Under the pieces are notes generated by a model, which did no database searches, had not been told where the DNA came from, and saw only the letters and a program-made list of their open reading frames with translations. From positions 1 to 43,468 of the forward strand of contig CAZBMV010000004.1 of the NCBI GenBank assembly GCA_964493145.1: a stretch of DNA of 43,468 nt. The letters are read 5' to 3'. This stretch comes from an uncultured Candidatus Saccharibacteria bacterium. Lineage in GTDB: Bacteria > Patescibacteriota > Minisyncoccia > Phycocordibacterales > UBA918. Position numbers and translations under genes: made by a program. This document shows positions 24,185-33,799 of the stretch, one piece after another. Within the stretch, counting starts at the first letter, position 1. Each line of letters starts with the position of its first letter.

Positions 24185-24796
24185 TCACGTCCCGTGAAGA
24201 AAATCCACGGAATCTGCAAGAACGAAGTGTTGGTCTAGAAAATCGCAGAGAATGTGAATGAGCATGATGTGACACTCCTGAATGTGCGGAGTCTCGTCAG
24301 ACGGAACGATGATTGCCTCGTCACAGAGTCTGCGTTTATGCAGTTCTCCACCATCTCGTCCGAGGAGCCCAAAAACAAAGAGCCCCCGCGTATGCGCCAT
24401 CTCAGCGGCTTCAACCAAATTTCCGGAATTACCGCTCGTTGAAATGACGACGAGCACATCGCCCGCACACCCGTGTGCCTCAACCTGTCGTGCGAAAGCC
24501 GATGTGAATGAGTGGTCATTTCCCCACGCGGTGAGCGCCGAGGTGTCACAGTGGAGTGCGAGTGCGGGACGCGCCTTCCGCTTTGCCAAAAACTGACACG
24601 TAATCTCTGCGGCAAAGTGCTGTGCATCTGCGGCACTTCCACCGTTTCCGGCAATGAGCGTTTTTCTCCCACCTTCGTACACGTAGACGAGTTTCTCCGC
24701 CATACGAGAGACGGTGTTGAGTGCACTATCATCATGAAGTAGACGATTTTTCACTCTCACTGACTTCTCAATGGATTCACGAATATACCCGAGCAT
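24185..24796 (-). CDS. gmhA: Sedoheptulose-7-phosphate isomerase (SIS domain)
   Basis: AGNGGSAADAQHFAAE, WGNDHSF..FARQVEA, ISTSGNSGN, IQECHIMLIHILC; SD AAGGAGG upstream. Confidence 0.92.
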   Translation of the reverse strand: MLGYIRESIEKSVRVKNRLLHDDSALNTVSRMAEKLVYVYEGGRKTLIAGNGGSAADAQHFAAEITCQFLAKRKARPALALHCDTSALTAWGNDHSFTSAFARQVEAHGCAGDVLVVISTSGNSGNLVEAAEMAHTRGLFVFGLLGRDGGELHKRRLCDEAIIVPSDETPHIQECHIMLIHILCDFLDQHFVLADSVDFLHGT

Positions 24797-24877
24797 TACA
24801 TCCTCCTTGAAAGGAACAAAATACTACGTGACGGTACCATAGAGGTACGACACATTCAATGTATACGGGCGTTGTAC

Positions 24878-25588
24878 CTACTTATTGAGTTTAATACGTC
24901 GCTCTTTCTCCACTCCAAAATCACTATCCTCTTCCGAAATGCGACTGATGTCATCCTCGTCTGAAGGACCAACTTGAACCTCCATAACGTCAAGCGGTTC
25001 ATTGTCGGGCGCTTGAAGCACATGCCAGACACCAGGTAAATTCACCCGCACTTCACCATTCGGCATGAAAAAGAATTCGCTCCGTTTTGAGTGTTTCTGA
25101 AGAGAGAGACTCTTCCCCGCGTCAACGTGAATGAGCTTAACCTTTACCATCGGCATATCTATGATGACGTTGTAGTGTCCCCAGCGAGTTTCTACACGTG
25201 ACCGAGAATTCACAATTGAACTGGATGCGTACTTCCCTCCACCGAGTTCAAATACCGGCTCAATACCCAACTGTTCACAGAGCAGAAGTTCCGGCGTATT
25301 GCCAGGACCACGATCTCCACCGTTCCCAAAGTAATCCGGCTTGATTCTCGCAAGTGCCTCACACACCGTTCCGTCGGTGTCATCAACAGAATGAATGAAT
25401 GGGGTATACGCCTCAAGAATTTTCTTTCTATCAATCCACGGCTGAAATAGAAACCCCTTCTTACGAATGAGCCACGCATCACTATTGAGAATAATATGGA
25501 CCTCACCATACTCTCGCGCCGATTCAATCATTGCAATGTGCCCCGGGTGTATGGGATCAAATCCACCTGAAATCATTATTTTTTTCAT
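24878..25588 (-). CDS. Cytidylyltransferase-like (HxGH) domain fused to a cupin (type II mannose-6-P isomerase-like)
   Basis: SGGFDPIHPGH...FGNGGDR...GGGKYASSS, then ETRWGHY...KSLSLQKHSKRSE...EVQVG..DEDDISR. Confidence 0.85.
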   Translation of the reverse strand: MKKIMISGGFDPIHPGHIAMIESAREYGEVHIILNSDAWLIRKKGFLFQPWIDRKKILEAYTPFIHSVDDTDGTVCEALARIKPDYFGNGGDRGPGNTPELLLCEQLGIEPVFELGGGKYASSSIVNSRSRVETRWGHYNVIIDMPMVKVKLIHVDAGKSLSLQKHSKRSEFFFMPNGEVRVNLPGVWHVLQAPDNEPLDVMEVQVGPSDEDDISRISEEDSDFGVEKERRIKLNK

Positions 25589-25687
25589 ACAATCTGTAAC
25601 TCAAACAATACCATATTTGTTTCTTTTGATAAAAAGGTGGTAACTGAACGCTCTTGTGTTTTGTTAAATGGTAGACTGATTAAAATT

Positions 25688-26926
25688 ATGATAAACGCTT
25701 TACGAGAAGGGGTTAGAAAAAAAAGACAACACATTATACACTTTTCTTTTTTTTCACTTGGAACTGCCGTAATGACACTGGGTGGCTTTTTGTCTGTTGT
25801 AATCCTTGCCAACACAATAAGTGCAACTGACTACGGTAATTATAAATATATATTTTCTGTGGTTGGTTTGCTTGGAGTACTAGGTTTTACTGGCGGCTTC
25901 AGAAACATGATAATTCAGTCGGTCGCGCAGGGGTTGGACGGCATTTTTGTATCACTGTTGAGATCAAATTTACTCCTCAGTATACCTATGCTCCTCGGAG
26001 GAATTGGCGTTGGATGTTATTACATAATTCATGACAATGAACTTCTTGGGTATTCCATAATGATTGCAACATTGGGATCTATTCTTGGAAACAATGGCAT
26101 CCTCGCCTACGCATATCTTAACGGGAGAAAACTTTATACAAAACTTTTTAAATTTCAAGCGATACAGAGTGCAGTAAACGTAGTTGCCCTCGTATCCGTC
26201 ACACTACTTACGGAAAACCTTTTTATTATTATCCTCACGCAAGTAAGTACAACAGCAATACTGTTAACAGTATTTTACTACTTTATTAAAAAGACTATGC
26301 TCAGAAACGAAGATGTGAGCACGTCTATCACCACATATGGAAAACACCTCAACATTCTAAGTGTAATCACAACACTAATGATGAATATTGACAGTGTCCT
26401 TATATTCAAAATTATCGGGTCACACGGCTTGGCAACATATGCCCTCGCCACGCCGTTTGTTGATCGCATAACTGGTCTCCTCAAGGGCACCTATTTTTTT
26501 GCCCTGCCTTCATTTACTTCACAAGGACACACGCGCGCACGAATACGCCTCTACAAAAGAAGTCTTCTGGGGCTTTTTGTAGGCTTTATAATTTTTCTGA
26601 TATATTATTTCACCGCGCCTATTTTATTTAAATTCTTTTTTCCTAGTTACACAGAAGCAATTCAATTATCAAGACTCTTTGCGCTGAATATCCCACTTAT
26701 CGCTTTGTCCATTTTGCCTGATGCATTTCTTGACTCAATGGCGGAAGTAAAAAGTAAATATATAGTTAAGGCAACAACAACATCATTTCGTATTGTTTTG
26801 CTTTTATTATTCATTTACCCATTTGGTATAGTTGGGGTAATTTGGTCTGAATTGATTGCCCGTCTTGCTGGGTTGGTTATGACAATAATTCTAATTGAAC
26901 GATACATGAAACGTACTCAGTCATGA
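25688..26926 (+). CDS. Wzx/MATE-like oligosaccharide flippase
   Basis: About 12 TM segments, ANTISATDYGNYKYIFS, NIDSVLIFKIIGSHGLATYALA, YPFGIVG. Confidence 0.85.
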   Translation: MINALREGVRKKRQHIIHFSFFSLGTAVMTLGGFLSVVILANTISATDYGNYKYIFSVVGLLGVLGFTGGFRNMIIQSVAQGLDGIFVSLLRSNLLLSIPMLLGGIGVGCYYIIHDNELLGYSIMIATLGSILGNNGILAYAYLNGRKLYTKLFKFQAIQSAVNVVALVSVTLLTENLFIIILTQVSTTAILLTVFYYFIKKTMLRNEDVSTSITTYGKHLNILSVITTLMMNIDSVLIFKIIGSHGLATYALATPFVDRITGLLKGTYFFALPSFTSQGHTRARIRLYKRSLLGLFVGFIIFLIYYFTAPILFKFFFPSYTEAIQLSRLFALNIPLIALSILPDAFLDSMAEVKSKYIVKATTTSFRIVLLLLFIYPFGIVGVIWSELIARLAGLVMTIILIERYMKRTQS

Positions 26927-26941
26927 TTCAAATAACAAAAA

Positions 26942-26965
26942 AGTGGCACACTGAAGTGTGCCACT
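26942..26965. terminator. Bidirectional terminator between the convergent flippase and synthase genes
   Basis: AGTGGCACAC-TGAA-GTGTGCCACT. Confidence 0.75.
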
Positions 26966-26981
26966 AATATATATCTACGTG

Positions 26982-28043
26982 CTAAAAATTTTTTATGCGA
27001 CGCAATTTTTCCATCACGGGCACCTCGCGAGGAAGTACCTGTTTAGTGTCAACTCCAATCAAAATCGGAACACGAACCGATTCTTCTGGCAGTGCCCATT
27101 CTTCTGACGAGAGACAACGCTGCGTTCCGCGTTTCGTTTCAATGGAACGGATATCGTTTACCATCGCCTCAAACATCTGTGGTGTGATGCTTGCCTTCTG
27201 ATCGCTACCAGGAAGGTTTTGATCAAGCGTAATGTGCCGCTCCACCACAGTAGCTCCGAGTGACACTGCAAGTTTAGATGCGAGAATATCGCTTTCATGG
27301 CCACTATAACCAATCGGAACACCATGGAATTCATTCTTGAGCGACTTAATCACTGCAATATTTGCCTCCGCATCATTGCTCGGATACGTAGCCACACAAT
27401 GCAGGATTACAAGTTGCTCACGGCCAAGAATACTGACCGCTTTTTTTATCTGTTCCATGGTTGAACCGCCTGTTGAAAGAATCACCGGACGACCACAACG
27501 GCGCACACGACGTAAAAGATCTTCATGGGTAAGGCAGGCGGAAGCAATTTTGTGGAAATCGGGCTGAAAACCGTCAATCTCAAAAACACTGATCCCATCC
27601 CAAGCACTTACCCCCCATGCAACACCCTCTTCTTCGCAACACTGCCGAACCATGTCCCATTCCTTGGGACCAAATTCAAGAGCGTACTTCAGATCGCTAT
27701 TGTACGTTTGAACTTCTGCTCCACCGAGCCAAGATTCAAGACGCTCCCGTTGACCTTCTTCAGGAAACACCGGGTGAACGATACCCTCAATAACAGACCG
27801 TTTGAAAGCATTTTCAATAAAACTACGATCAAACGTACGCGGGGTGCGAAGTTCCAAACTAGAGTACACAATAGGTACGTCACGTTTTTGAAACTTCACC
27901 GCATTAGCACCGGCTTTTGCGGCGGCGCGAATGAGATTGCACGCCATCTCAATAGAGCCATTGTGGTTAATACCAATTTCAGCGATGACGAAACATGGTG
28001 CCCCATCGCCGACATTGCAATGCCCAATTTGCACTTGTGCCAT
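26982..28043 (-). CDS. neuB: N-acetylneuraminate/KDN-type nonulosonate synthase family protein
   Basis: FVIAEIGINHNG, NAVKFQKR, KIASA, ILSTGGS, LHCVATYP, GYSGHE, VERHITLD, GSDQKAS. Substrate unknown; SD GGAGG. Confidence 0.9.
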   Translation of the reverse strand: MAQVQIGHCNVGDGAPCFVIAEIGINHNGSIEMACNLIRAAAKAGANAVKFQKRDVPIVYSSLELRTPRTFDRSFIENAFKRSVIEGIVHPVFPEEGQRERLESWLGGAEVQTYNSDLKYALEFGPKEWDMVRQCCEEEGVAWGVSAWDGISVFEIDGFQPDFHKIASACLTHEDLLRRVRRCGRPVILSTGGSTMEQIKKAVSILGREQLVILHCVATYPSNDAEANIAVIKSLKNEFHGVPIGYSGHESDILASKLAVSLGATVVERHITLDQNLPGSDQKASITPQMFEAMVNDIRSIETKRGTQRCLSSEEWALPEESVRVPILIGVDTKQVLPREVPVMEKLRRIKNF

Positions 28044-28196
28044 AAGAACTTCCTCCACTTAGAGATGAAAGGATTAATTACCGAGTAGGATACTACCACT
28101 AGCATCACACAATATCAAGTATCACACGTCAATTGGGAATAGCGACCGATTCCCTACTTATGAGAACCATATTTCTGTACACTTGGTTGCACTTTT

Positions 28197-28712
28197 CTAA
28201 TAGTAGATAGGTACGTTCTTCGCATTTAAAACTATGTCACACAGTTCACGCAATGCATGGTCACCACCTTTTCTTGTAAGAACAATATCAGCGACTTTTT
28301 TTACTTCTTCGTGGCCATCGGCAACCGTCACACCAACGCCAGCGGAAACGAGTGCTTCAACATCATTCACATCGTCTCCGATGAAAGCAATCTGCTCCAT
28401 GGCAACCCCTTCACGCTCCGCAAGTGACTTGAGAATCTCCAACTTTCCGAATGCGTCGTGAACTCCGTGGAAACATTCGATATTAAGTTTTTTACAGCGC
28501 GCCGCGACCACCGAATTTTCCTCTTTCGATATGACAAACAGTTTTATACCGGCACATTTGAGCATATTGAGACCAAGACTGTCCTTGCGGCTGCATCTTA
28601 CTGTTTCAATACCATTTTGATCGACATACACAAAACCATCCGTGTGGACACCATCAAAGTCCATTGCTAATAAAGCGATGTTTTTTATTTTTTCGAAGGA
28701 ATCAACGGCCAT
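28197..28712 (-). CDS. KdsC/YrbI-family HAD phosphatase (KDO-8-P/KDN-9-P type)
   Basis: MDFDGVHTDG, IGDDVND, GGDHALRE. Confidence 0.9.
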   Translation of the reverse strand: MAVDSFEKIKNIALLAMDFDGVHTDGFVYVDQNGIETVRCSRKDSLGLNMLKCAGIKLFVISKEENSVVAARCKKLNIECFHGVHDAFGKLEILKSLAEREGVAMEQIAFIGDDVNDVEALVSAGVGVTVADGHEEVKKVADIVLTRKGGDHALRELCDIVLNAKNVPIYY

Positions 28713-28716
28713 GTGT

Positions 28717-29688
28717 TTACGCTTTATATAAAAAGGCGTTGAAAACGCGCTTTGATGTATACAATAAATCGCGCATGCACTCTAGGTCTGTTTCTTTAGT
28801 AAAGCCAGCAGGTTTTCCTGGTGCTCCTATTTTCTTATTTAGATATTTTAACAAAGCGTTCAGTTCTGACTTCGGATTCACTGTAATTACAACTTTATTG
28901 TAATGAAATTGCTTTAAAAGTTGCATAATCCTTTCCTTTTGCTTGTCGTTTAAGAACATTGGATGAAACTCAATCAGAAGAGTTGTGTTACCAGAGAGGG
29001 TTTTTTGCATACCTTCCAAAATTGAAATTTCGAACCCCTCAACATCCATTCTCAAAAAAGATGGCGCCTTCCCAATAATTTTTTCTACAAAAACATCAAC
29101 GGTAGTCATCGGTACTTTTTCCACTCCCACAACCCCACCGCGTGCATCTGATGGTAATTCTGTGAGTGAAGAAAGATTTTTCTTTGAACGAATGTAAATT
29201 GGTATTTCTCTTTCAGCATCGCCCATAGCCATCTGGAATGTTTTTACGTTATTCATCCCATTTAATTCAACATTTTTTTGCAATAACTCATAATTACTCT
29301 TCACTGGTTCAACCGCATATACAACACCGGTATCACCCACAAGTTTTGACTCTGGAAGAGCGTAGTATCCAATATTTCCTCCAATATCCAAAACGGTATC
29401 GCCAGTTTGTATGGTATTTGAGCTCAGCAAATAATCGACGGTGAGCACCTCCCTTTTTCCGTAAAGAATGAGTTCTTTTGATAAGCCATCATCATTTTTT
29501 AAATCTAAATGCATTTTAACACCATTAATTTCAAGAATGGCGTATCCAAAAACACACTTACGATACAGGTAATAAACGTACCTAAAATTATTTGGGATTA
29601 TTCTAACGAGCATTCTATAGAAGGAATCTCGTATTCCGTACTCTTTAATTTTTTGAACAAAAAAAGAAATGGTCATATGCTTAAACAT
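28717..29688 (-). CDS. FkbM-family methyltransferase
   Basis: VLDIGGNIGYY, YAVEPV, FLRMDVEGFE. Start 29688 or 29676. Confidence 0.9.
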   Translation of the reverse strand: MFKHMTISFFVQKIKEYGIRDSFYRMLVRIIPNNFRYVYYLYRKCVFGYAILEINGVKMHLDLKNDDGLSKELILYGKREVLTVDYLLSSNTIQTGDTVLDIGGNIGYYALPESKLVGDTGVVYAVEPVKSNYELLQKNVELNGMNNVKTFQMAMGDAEREIPIYIRSKKNLSSLTELPSDARGGVVGVEKVPMTTVDVFVEKIIGKAPSFLRMDVEGFEISILEGMQKTLSGNTTLLIEFHPMFLNDKQKERIMQLLKQFHYNKVVITVNPKSELNALLKYLNKKIGAPGKPAGFTKETDLECMRDLLYTSKRVFNAFLYKA

Positions 29689-29916
29689 AGAAAGTTATAT
29701 TGGTGATGTCGCTGTATTGTATACCACAGAGAGTAATATTCCACTCATCATGTTTTGTATAGTGAGGCTTATAACTATATAAAAATCAAAAAGTATACAA
29801 AAACCGTAATCACAACATCGAGAGACGCACTAGACGTAATAGGAAAACAATTGTACTATCACGCCAGTTGTTCTTCACATTCTTCCACATAACTCGTGTT
29901 TTTGAAAGGAAAATCC

Positions 29917-31620
29917 ATGGGAAAGACACTCATGCACTACTCTTCGGAGAACAAGCACCCGAGTGATCGGGTCGCTCTCCTTCCCCGAAATGCACTAAGT
30001 GGTATGCATGTGTGTTTCATCAACATGCCCCTCCGCGAAAGTGCACGACCGAATACGCCACCACAAGGTCCGGCACTCATGGCGGCACGTCTCCGTGAAT
30101 ACGGAGCGAACGTCACGATTGTTGACCTCAACGCGTATCGCATCACCGACACCTTTGCACATGAACGCAGTCTTGCAAACGGTCGCCACCTGAACGAAAA
30201 AGAGGCGGCGGATCTCTTGCTTGCTCACTTCAACGTTCATGGAGCACCTGATGTCATTGGGCTCTCGGGTAAAATAACGACGCTCAAATGGCAACAGTGG
30301 GTGACACGTTTCTGTGCGAAAGTCGTCCCCGATGCGTTTATTGTTTCGGGTGGCGGCCTCGCAACGGAGTTTCGTGCGGGTCTCTTTAACTGGATACCCG
30401 AACTTGATGCGGTTGGACACTCGGAAGGTGATGACATTATCCTCCTCTGTGTTCACGATGTGAAAACTGCCGGAAATAAGACATCGGCAATGACATCGTT
30501 ACCGAGTTACATCGGTGACCGCAACGGTAAGCCGAGGTTCATCTATGCCGGAGACAGGCCGAGAGACCTTGATGTGTTGCCATTCGCGGCGTGGGACTTA
30601 CTTGAAAGGGACGTGTACGGAAACCCGGTTCTTGAGTGGTACATCACCACTCCCGTGTGGGGCCTCGCCGCGAACAATTCATCTGCGGCGAATTTCATCA
30701 CGGAACGGAGTCTAACCACCGTCTCATCCCGAGGATGTCCGCACGCATGTGCGTTTTGCTACCGTGGAGCGCAAGGTGAACGTAACTGGGGCATCAGGAG
30801 CCCACAAAACCTCCGGGAGGAGGCTGAGTGGCTCATCAATGCGTACCGCATTGATTTCCTCGGATTCCCCGATGATAACTTTGCGGTTTCGCCCAAGCGG
30901 TGCCAAGCGTTGCCTGAAGCATTCAATGGTCTCAACTTCCGTTGGGGAACGCACACGCGACTAGATGAGTGCACCATGGACCGCCTTGAACCAATGGCGG
31001 AATCAGGGTGCATTTACATCGGCGTTGGTGCTGAGAGTGCCTCAAAGAACACCCTCTATCGCATGAAGAAGGGTGGACACATTATCAAGAAACACGGCGT
31101 GGAGCGCTTCACAACGGTTGACGGCTATGAGTTCCCCACCATGATGGTGGAAGGAATACAGAACTGCCGATCGGTGGGCATACACGTGAATGCGACATGG
31201 ATTATGGGGTACCCGAGAGAAACACTCGGAGATCTCAAGACGAGCGTCGCTTTCATCAAGTGGCAAGAGGAGCTCTACACGCAGGGGCTCGCGAACGGTA
31301 CGCCGGAGTTTGCACTCGCGATGGCATCAGTCAATAGGAGGATGTTCACCGCAACCGCATACCCCGGTACCGAGATGTTTCGTGATCCATTCGTGCAACA
31401 AGCGCTTCGGGAACACTTCGGTCTTTCGTTTGAACAAAATGGAGACCCCGTGTGCGATAGTGCCTTAGAGTGGTACGTACGCGAACTTGACGATGCAACG
31501 AAAGTCCTTACGGGAAAAGGTGGCGCACCGCTCAATTTTTCCGATATGTCTGAAGACGTTTTTCTTCAGGCGCGCGCGTACATTGATTCCGGTCAAACCG
31601 AAAAAATACTTGAGATGTAA
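29917..31620 (+). CDS. Cobalamin-dependent (B12-binding) radical SAM enzyme
   Basis: N-terminal B12-binding-like segment (PPQGPALMAARL...DVIGLSG...VSGGGLAT), SRGCPHACAFC (CxxxCxxC), FPDDNF, IGVGAES, WIMGYPRET. Confidence 0.9.
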   Translation: MGKTLMHYSSENKHPSDRVALLPRNALSGMHVCFINMPLRESARPNTPPQGPALMAARLREYGANVTIVDLNAYRITDTFAHERSLANGRHLNEKEAADLLLAHFNVHGAPDVIGLSGKITTLKWQQWVTRFCAKVVPDAFIVSGGGLATEFRAGLFNWIPELDAVGHSEGDDIILLCVHDVKTAGNKTSAMTSLPSYIGDRNGKPRFIYAGDRPRDLDVLPFAAWDLLERDVYGNPVLEWYITTPVWGLAANNSSAANFITERSLTTVSSRGCPHACAFCYRGAQGERNWGIRSPQNLREEAEWLINAYRIDFLGFPDDNFAVSPKRCQALPEAFNGLNFRWGTHTRLDECTMDRLEPMAESGCIYIGVGAESASKNTLYRMKKGGHIIKKHGVERFTTVDGYEFPTMMVEGIQNCRSVGIHVNATWIMGYPRETLGDLKTSVAFIKWQEELYTQGLANGTPEFALAMASVNRRMFTATAYPGTEMFRDPFVQQALREHFGLSFEQNGDPVCDSALEWYVRELDDATKVLTGKGGAPLNFSDMSEDVFLQARAYIDSGQTEKILEM

Positions 31621-31630
31621 CATATCTCAC

Positions 31631-31657
31631 AAAGGGGGTCACGCGACCCTCTTTTTT
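31631..31657 (+). terminator. Intrinsic terminator of the radical SAM gene
   Basis: AAAGGGGGTC-ACGC-GACCCTCTTT followed by TTT. Confidence 0.75.
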
Positions 31658-31676
31658 ATTTTTAATTCCGGATCAT

Positions 31677-32393
31677 TTATGAAGAAAAGCTCTCTCTTCG
31701 TTTTAGTATTTGCTCAATCAGCCAAAGTTGATACTCATTATCAATTTGAATAGAATCCTCTTCCGTCATTTCTACAATACCCATTCGTCCACCCCAACGA
31801 TGTCCGCACCCCATTAGGAAGTCACATTTAGTAACATAAAAAGCACCGTTTTCATGGTAAATCTTTGGAAGATCTTGGCGAACAACACGTTGCATTACAG
31901 GTCGCTCTGGCGTAAAGGATTGAAAACCCTCTGAGTTATTGTCAACAGACCATTTCCATTCATATGTGTCAGGAACAAACGCCGTGATACAAGAATCACA
32001 TTCATTATTAAACACCTTTCCTACACTTTCCTTAATGGTATTTGGCTTAAGAAGTGGCGAGGTTGGTTGGATCAGAGACACAATATCTGGAACATAATTT
32101 TCTTTTTCCTCAAGTTGTTTAAGGGCATCAAAAATAACGGGTTCAAGGGTAACCTTATCACCAGCAAGCTCAACAGGACGTTTAATAACTTCTGCTCCGC
32201 ATTCCAGTGCGACTTTTGCAATTTCTTCATCTTCTGTTGAAACAAACACCCTATCTATTACGCCTGATTCTTGTGCTGCTGAAATGGTATGTGCAATTAG
32301 TGGCTTATCATAGACACTCCTAATATTTTTCCTTGGTACACCCTTGCTTCCTCCACGGGCGGGGATGATACAAATTACTTTCTTTTTATCCAT
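31677..32393 (-). CDS. neuA: Acylneuraminate (CMP-nonulosonate) cytidylyltransferase
   Basis: IIPARGGSKGVPRKN, IKRPVELAGD, IQPTSPL, YHENGAFY, SIQIDNEY. Confidence 0.92.
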   Translation of the reverse strand: MDKKKVICIIPARGGSKGVPRKNIRSVYDKPLIAHTISAAQESGVIDRVFVSTEDEEIAKVALECGAEVIKRPVELAGDKVTLEPVIFDALKQLEEKENYVPDIVSLIQPTSPLLKPNTIKESVGKVFNNECDSCITAFVPDTYEWKWSVDNNSEGFQSFTPERPVMQRVVRQDLPKIYHENGAFYVTKCDFLMGCGHRWGGRMGIVEMTEEDSIQIDNEYQLWLIEQILKRRESFSS

Positions 32394-32413
32394 AACAAGA
32401 GTTAACTAAATAA

Positions 32414-33799
32414 TTATTCATTACAACATGCCTCATTGAGCAAAAGTTGTGTAATTCTTTCTGAGGCCTTTCCATCCATCTTCCACATGTGGGTCTCGGC
32501 AAATTTTCTACGTTCAGTTCGATGAGTTTCAGGATGTTGGAGATATGTATTAATCCACTCAGCCAACTCATCCGATGAACGAACAAGTGGTGAGGCTCCG
32601 TGTGAAAAGAAATATACAACACATTCTTCTGTTTGCCATCGAGCAAGACTTCGGAGAAAGGGTACTTCTTTTTCCCAACCATCAAATCCGATTGAAATAA
32701 CCGGCTTATCACAAATTACAGCGTCAACGATAATTGATGAGAACGTGTTAATCACAAGTGATGAGTGAGCGAGTGTATCCGCAAGGTGGAGCCTGTTCGC
32801 CTTCCCTTCCTCACGGGCTTTTGAACGTTCTCCCTTATACACTGTAAGATTTTCCTCAAAGATGAAGTTTTTATCGGGCGTAAATTTACTGTAATCAGTG
32901 TCGTTGTACGGATGCGGGCGAACGAGAAATTGAATACCTTGCGGGATTTTTCTTTCGTTATAAAGTTTTTGCAAGATAGCGAGTATTTGCCAATCAGTAT
33001 CAACAAAAACTCCTGACGCTGGGCACACGAGAATGATTGTTTTTGTTGGATCTAAATTCAATCCTCTACAAAATTCTTCACGTGGAGTTGGTTCATAATT
33101 AAGATATTCTTCAAATTGGGGTACACCACACGGAATAATGCGTGAAAAAGGCACATCATGAATTCTGTTTAATTCTTCTTTCATAACTTCGTTTTGCGTT
33201 ATTATTTTGTCTGGAATGGTACGCAAATACACTTTTGTAGTCGTATTGTCCCATGATCGTGTCATACCAACTGTACGAATCTTCCGCCTTTTTGCGCTAT
33301 GCAACAATGCAACATTTGAAGCATCAAAAATATCGGTTGCGAATACCACATCAGGACAATATTTTTCAAAAAGCACCTCAAAAGTTTTTGAACGTACAAT
33401 GTGATAATCAAAAAACCTAAACAACTGCTTAAAAAGGGTTGAATGTCCGAGAGTTTTGGTAATTGCCGTTTCAATAGAATATCGCAACTTACTGCCAGTT
33501 TGCTCACGACGTACCATGCGATGATATTTTTTTACTGTGGTATCAAGTAGTAAATCGGCAAAACGTTCAAAATGTAAATTCCACCAACGAGTAGCAATCC
33601 ATTCAAATGGAATACCTTCTATGATCACATTATCATAGTTTGCATACGTATCTACAAAGTATTGTTTTTTACTCTCCAAAACAAGAATAATCACTTTTGT
33701 TTGGGGAACAAGATAGTCAAGAACACCCGCATCAAGAATATTGCGTGTCACAAACGGATGAAAATTTGCTAAAAAGATTGTGTTTATTTTTTTTGGCAT
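32414..33799 (-). CDS. GT-B fold transferase (CDP-glycerol:glycerophosphate transferase-like), candidate nonulosonate transferase
   Basis: SWDN, GVPQF, VRPHP, INTFSSIIVDA..DKP. Confidence 0.7.
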   Translation of the reverse strand: MPKKINTIFLANFHPFVTRNILDAGVLDYLVPQTKVIILVLESKKQYFVDTYANYDNVIIEGIPFEWIATRWWNLHFERFADLLLDTTVKKYHRMVRREQTGSKLRYSIETAITKTLGHSTLFKQLFRFFDYHIVRSKTFEVLFEKYCPDVVFATDIFDASNVALLHSAKRRKIRTVGMTRSWDNTTTKVYLRTIPDKIITQNEVMKEELNRIHDVPFSRIIPCGVPQFEEYLNYEPTPREEFCRGLNLDPTKTIILVCPASGVFVDTDWQILAILQKLYNERKIPQGIQFLVRPHPYNDTDYSKFTPDKNFIFEENLTVYKGERSKAREEGKANRLHLADTLAHSSLVINTFSSIIVDAVICDKPVISIGFDGWEKEVPFLRSLARWQTEECVVYFFSHGASPLVRSSDELAEWINTYLQHPETHRTERRKFAETHMWKMDGKASERITQLLLNEACCNE

